The notes below the pieces were generated by a model that was not told the origin of the DNA, searched no databases, and saw only the letters and a list, made by a program, of their open reading frames with translations. A program made the translations under genes and the position numbers. Positions 59,782 to 64,000 of a DNA stretch of 64,000 nucleotides are shown here, one piece after another (positions within the stretch are counted from its first letter, which is position 1; each line of letters opens with the position of its first letter). This stretch comes from Candidatus Heimdallarchaeota archaeon (GTDB lineage: Archaea; Asgardarchaeota; Heimdallarchaeia; Heimdallarchaeales; Heimdallarchaeaceae), in contig JAHLWR010000003.1 in the NCBI GenBank assembly GCA_019057815.1, forward strand, positions 128,001 through 192,000, read 5' to 3'.

Positions 59782-60699
59782 ATGTTTAAGAAAAACTGCG
59801 ATATTTTTATATCTATGACCGTTAAAATTGTATCTGACACTAGTGCTGATTTGAATTGTCCAGATAATAAAACACTTTATGAGAAATATGATGTGGAACC
59901 CGTTTCTATGCACATAATCTTTGGGGTCGATGATTATGAGGAATTAAAAGATATTACAACATCAGAGTTTTATGAAAAATTTAAAACTTCCAAAGATCAT
60001 CCTCATACTTCTCAACCTACACAACAAGCAATTTTAGAAGCATATGAGAAACATTCTAAAGGTTATGATGAAATAATTTCATTTCACATATCAAGCGGAT
60101 TAAGTGGTTCATATCCAAATGCTCTATTTGCGAAGAAAATGTATGAGAAGAAAAATCCAGATGGTGCAAAAGTGTATCCTTTTGATACAAAAGTAGCAAG
60201 TGGTTATCATGGATTAATGGTAATTAAAGCTACTCAACTTGCAAAAGAAGGTAAAAACGCAGCAGAAATCATGGAAGCAATTGTTAAATGGCGAGAAAAT
60301 AATTCGCAACTATATTTTACAGTTGAAGATTTAGTTTACCTCTTCAAAGGAGGACGACTAAGTAGAGCTAAATATTATGCTGCAAAACTAATGTCTTTAA
60401 AACCCATAATTGTATTAAAGGATGGAAAACTTGAAGTGGTGAAAAGATCTAAAGGAGTGGATCTTGCTATTAAAGATATATTTGACTTACAATTCGAAAA
60501 ATTTGTAGGACAAGAAAATATTACTGTACACTTTATGGAAGCTCAATATACAGACAAAGTTGAAGAAGTTAAAGAATTAATAAAAGACCAATATCCAAAG
60601 TTAAAAATAGGTGAAACATTCAAAATGGGTGGTACAATAGCTTCTCATACTGGTCCCGGAACACTGGGGATTATATTCACTACAGACATTGAAGTGTAA
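59782..60699 (+). CDS. DegV/FakB fatty-acid-binding protein
   Basis: VSDTSADL, TSQPT, ISSGLSGSY, GGRL, HTGPG; probable start MTVKIV at 59815. Confidence 0.93.
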   Translation: MFKKNCDIFISMTVKIVSDTSADLNCPDNKTLYEKYDVEPVSMHIIFGVDDYEELKDITTSEFYEKFKTSKDHPHTSQPTQQAILEAYEKHSKGYDEIISFHISSGLSGSYPNALFAKKMYEKKNPDGAKVYPFDTKVASGYHGLMVIKATQLAKEGKNAAEIMEAIVKWRENNSQLYFTVEDLVYLFKGGRLSRAKYYAAKLMSLKPIIVLKDGKLEVVKRSKGVDLAIKDIFDLQFEKFVGQENITVHFMEAQYTDKVEEVKELIKDQYPKLKIGETFKMGGTIASHTGPGTLGIIFTTDIEV

Positions 60700-61050
60700 A
60701 CATAACCTCTGAATAAAACTTAAATTCTACTTTTTTTTTCTCTTTTTCCACAGGAGATATAGATGATTGTATGAGTGGTGACTGATTCTGCAGAAGTTTT
60801 TCTGACAATCTAATCAAGGAGAGCATGAAAACCCGATATTCTTAACACTGATATTTATCATGCTAGAAACGAAAAATCAGCAAATTTGCTTAAAAATTAT
60901 ATCGAAGATGAAATACAGCCCAAAGAATCGTTATAGCAATTAGAAATCTTGGAATGACAATTGTAATTCATGTGGGTTCTGGTTGTATAGTAACATGTTA
61001 AGATAAGAACGGTAAAATTTATGAATAATGGATACTTGTGGGGATGTGCG

Positions 61051-61767
61051 ATGGAATTCAAGGCATTATTCTTCGATCTAGATGGAACCTTAATAAATTT
61101 CAATGAAGGTGAATTTGTTAAATTATATCTTGGTGCTGCAGCTAAATTCTTCAGCGACTTGATACCTAATCCTAAAACGTTCGTAGAAGAACTTCTGAAA
61201 TCAACGGCAATAATGGAAAAAGCTGATAATCCAGATACAACAACCTTAGAGGTTTTTGTGAATGATTTTTGTCCAAAATTTGAGATCGATTGTCAAACGA
61301 TTATGAACAGATTTGAAGATTTCTACCATAAAAAATTCAATGTAATTCAACCTATAATTAAACAAATGAATGGAGTAAAAGAGATTCTCTCAATCTTAAA
61401 AAATTCTTATTCAGATATACCTGTTCTGTTAACTACTAATCCTGTTTTTCCTTATATAGCTGTAAAAAAAAGGATGGAGTGGGGAGGTTTAATAGCTGCA
61501 GATTTTGATCACATTACGCATGCAGAAAATAGTTACTACTGTAAAGGGAATGACAAGTACTGGTATAGTGTGCTAGAATATTCTAAAACAAAACCAGAAA
61601 ACACGTTAGTTGTAGGAAATGATGCTTTTCGTGATTTAAGAGCTAAGAAATTAGGTTTCAAAACGTATTTAGTTGACGAAAACATAGAGAATGAAGAATC
61701 ACTAAATGAAAATATACCTGATTATAGAGGAAGTTTAGTTGATTTGCTTGCCCTCCTTAAAGCATAG
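61051..61767 (+). CDS. HAD-superfamily hydrolase
   Basis: FDLDGTL, TNP, K, VGND. Confidence 0.9.
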   Translation: MEFKALFFDLDGTLINFNEGEFVKLYLGAAAKFFSDLIPNPKTFVEELLKSTAIMEKADNPDTTTLEVFVNDFCPKFEIDCQTIMNRFEDFYHKKFNVIQPIIKQMNGVKEILSILKNSYSDIPVLLTTNPVFPYIAVKKRMEWGGLIAADFDHITHAENSYYCKGNDKYWYSVLEYSKTKPENTLVVGNDAFRDLRAKKLGFKTYLVDENIENEESLNENIPDYRGSLVDLLALLKA

Positions 61768-61821
61768 TTCATACAAATAATCAAAAAAGTAAAAGCATTT
61801 ATAGACCATTGATAGTTTTTC

Positions 61822-63516
61822 TTGAGGATTATGGCAATAATAGGTATGGAAGGTTCATTGGTTTTAGCATTTTTAGTATTTGTCTACAACATGTCATTAG
61901 GTTCAAAATTAATGTACGATACATTAACAAAAAAAGAATTTGAAAAACCTGCATGGAGTTTAGCATCGGGTGTGATGACTGTAGCAGGATCAATGATGAT
62001 GTTTCTATGGTTTTTCAACTCGTTTTCTCCAACAGTTGGTTGGTTAGGATTCATAGGTTCATTGTTTATCTTTGTAAACAATCTGTTAGTAACAATATTT
62101 ACTTTTATGAAATCAATAAAATCAACAACGTTTGGTAGGATAGGCAATGTCTTATTTACATTGCTAGCTTTATGGACATTTCTTTTATTACTGCAAAAAA
62201 TAGCAGTATCAACAGGATTTGGATTACCTAGATTCTTAGATTGGATAATGGTGTGGCCAACAATTGGATATACAATGTTCCAAGGGTTGTTATTTGGACC
62301 TATCAGTTATTATTTTCCTATCTTAATTTTAATCCCTCTTTGTGTTCCAATTAAGTTTGTTAAGGATGAGGAAATAGAACTCATAAAAACTGAAGAAAAA
62401 CCAACAGAGGAGATAAAGAGGGGAAAAGCAGCTGTATTTCTAGAACGACCTGCTGGTGAAAAACCACAGAAAAAAACTTCGGGTGGATTTGTATCTTTTC
62501 TTGACAATGGTTCAAAAATGATTGTTGCTAGTTTAGTGATAATGTTACTTGTTTTCAATATAATGAGTCTTAGCAATGTGATCTCTTTTGGAGAATATAC
62601 TTCAAAAGATTACAATCCCAGTTTCACACAACGCACAGATATGGAGTTGGGAGTACACATTCAATCAGCTTCTTACCAAATAGAACCTACACAAAATTTT
62701 AACGAAATATTTCAAAAAGAATTGGCTCTGATGAAGGAACTTAATGTTACTGTAGCTAGAATAGATCTTAAAGTTGAATTCTTAGAAAACTATTCATCTC
62801 ATATACTACAAATTGTGGATGATTTGAAAGCAAATGGAATAAAAGTAATGTTTGCTACTTATGGTTATGACAGACCAACGTGGAATCTTCAAAACGTGTC
62901 CTTCGAAGATTTTACTGAAGTTATAAATCAACAAGCTATAGATATTGTTAATATAACCAATCCTGATTACATTCTAATATATCCTGAACCATATGGTTAT
63001 TCAACATACTTCTTGTCACTTGAAGAAGAAATAACTGTTAGTATGTGGGTTAATAAAATTAACAACACAATTGAAGAACTGAGATCTATTTCAAATGAAA
63101 CTAAAATAGGAATAAATCTATCAGAGAATTCAATGACAGGGGACACTGATTTGTTTGAACCTTTGTGGACCAGCACTCCATTAGATTTCATTGGAATTGA
63201 TTTTTATCCATTTTATGAAAAACATTTTGATATTTCGTATTTTCTAGATCGAGCTACAAATTCTTCAAAAGAGTTTTGGTTTACAGAATTTGGAATTTCA
63301 GCAATGATTTTTGGAGAGAGAATACAAGCAGGAGCTCTAACATATGTATTAGATCAATGTGTTAATAATCCAATAGTGAAAGGATTTATTTATTATTCAT
63401 TAATGGATCAATCAATTGCAGCTAATTCTCTTGGACTAGTAGCTGAAACCGGATATAAAAGAGACTCTTTTGAAAAATATAAAGAAATAATCCAGAAAAT
63501 GAAGGGCTTATCGTAA
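61822..63516 (+). CDS. Multi-TM protein with C-terminal clan GH-A-like TIM barrel
   Basis: About 6 TM; IYPEP acid/base, IGIDFYP, FTEFG nucleophile. Confidence 0.7.
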   Translation: MRIMAIIGMEGSLVLAFLVFVYNMSLGSKLMYDTLTKKEFEKPAWSLASGVMTVAGSMMMFLWFFNSFSPTVGWLGFIGSLFIFVNNLLVTIFTFMKSIKSTTFGRIGNVLFTLLALWTFLLLLQKIAVSTGFGLPRFLDWIMVWPTIGYTMFQGLLFGPISYYFPILILIPLCVPIKFVKDEEIELIKTEEKPTEEIKRGKAAVFLERPAGEKPQKKTSGGFVSFLDNGSKMIVASLVIMLLVFNIMSLSNVISFGEYTSKDYNPSFTQRTDMELGVHIQSASYQIEPTQNFNEIFQKELALMKELNVTVARIDLKVEFLENYSSHILQIVDDLKANGIKVMFATYGYDRPTWNLQNVSFEDFTEVINQQAIDIVNITNPDYILIYPEPYGYSTYFLSLEEEITVSMWVNKINNTIEELRSISNETKIGINLSENSMTGDTDLFEPLWTSTPLDFIGIDFYPFYEKHFDISYFLDRATNSSKEFWFTEFGISAMIFGERIQAGALTYVLDQCVNNPIVKGFIYYSLMDQSIAANSLGLVAETGYKRDSFEKYKEIIQKMKGLS

Positions 63517-63530
63517 TAAGGTGAAGAACA

Positions 63531-63595
63531 AGCCTCGGTCCGCCCATCACATTTCATTTTCTTTAGAATCGTAGACCGTTGTTTCTTCATAGGCT
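63531..63595 (-). ncRNA. Box C/D guide sRNA (16S Cm1402; second guide to 23S near 2590)
   Basis: AGCC-U-AUGAAGA...GUGAUGGGCGGA-CCGA-GGCU; D guide complementary to the conserved CCGCCCGUCA. Confidence 0.75.
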
Positions 63596-63661
63596 AAATT
63601 CTTCAAGCTTTTATAAAAGTAAAAGAGTTTAAGTATTTCTATTGCTTGGTAACTTTGATTC

Positions 63662-64000
63662 TCATTCCATCATGGCATTAACCATAGATATATATCCTTC
63701 AACTTCGCTTAATCCTGTTCTTACTAATTCTGCTAAATTATCTAGGTCTCTCTCTATTGCTAATCTTTTAGTCTCTTCAAATCTTTTTATTGCTTTGTTA
63801 AAGTTATCTAGACTTTCATCAAATTGTTCTTGATCAAAAAGAGAAATTCCTTTAGTTTCCAGTGATAAAGCTTCATAATAAGATCTTTGTGCAGTCATAC
63901 TCTTGATTAGAGATTCACTCTTGATGGTTGATAACATACCAAGTGCATCATCAACAATTTCAGAAGCTTTTACAAATAAATCACTTGCTTTTTTGGGTTT
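63662..64000 (-). CDS. TPR-like helical protein (5' part outside the window)
   Basis: Frame open to the window end (KPKKASDLFVKASEI...); TPR-like helices. Confidence 0.65.
   Translation of the reverse strand, partial: KPKKASDLFVKASEIVDDALGMLSTIKSESLIKSMTAQRSYYEALSLETKGISLFDQEQFDESLDNFNKAIKRFEETKRLAIERDLDNLAELVRTGLSEVEGYISMVNAMME

Noticed and set aside
63408-63590. 60-aa minus-strand ORF
   Set aside because: Overlaps the GH gene antisense; its 5' part is better explained by the C/D sRNA
63521-63590. Alternative long hairpin as a SECIS or H/ACA RNA
   Set aside because: No UGA-containing selenoprotein nearby and no ACA tail; the C/D model gives an exact known target
1-64000. tRNA, rRNA, CRISPR or provirus
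   Set aside because: None recognised by eye

Overview
AT-rich archaeal chromosomal segment, most likely from an Asgard archaeon (Heimdallarchaeia-like; inferred). It carries archaeal core genes (TFB, Rpo12, aIF1/SUI1, alpha2-type GlyRS, short PurA, porCDAB, ASH-Ski2 helicase) alongside many eukaryotic-signature candidates. These include a Rab-like GTPase, four longin/DENN-type proteins (one a single-pass receptor-like protein with a cytoplasmic longin), a GIFT/IFT52-like protein, Get3, and TRAP-beta-, CCDC47- and TMEM258/OST5-like membrane factors. There is also an AN1-finger fused to a catalytically dead site-2 protease. The most striking candidates are a CENP-N/Chl4-like protein near a Cren7-like/winged-helix gene, and an unannotated dual-guide box C/D sRNA predicted to methylate 16S C1402. 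Accessory content includes tandem-duplicated VIT-vWA and beta-helix surface proteins, four DegV paralogues, a class II CCA enzyme, a solo TnpB with a rearranged RuvC site and an IS200/IS605 end remnant. All homology calls are by eye from recalled motifs; no searches were run.
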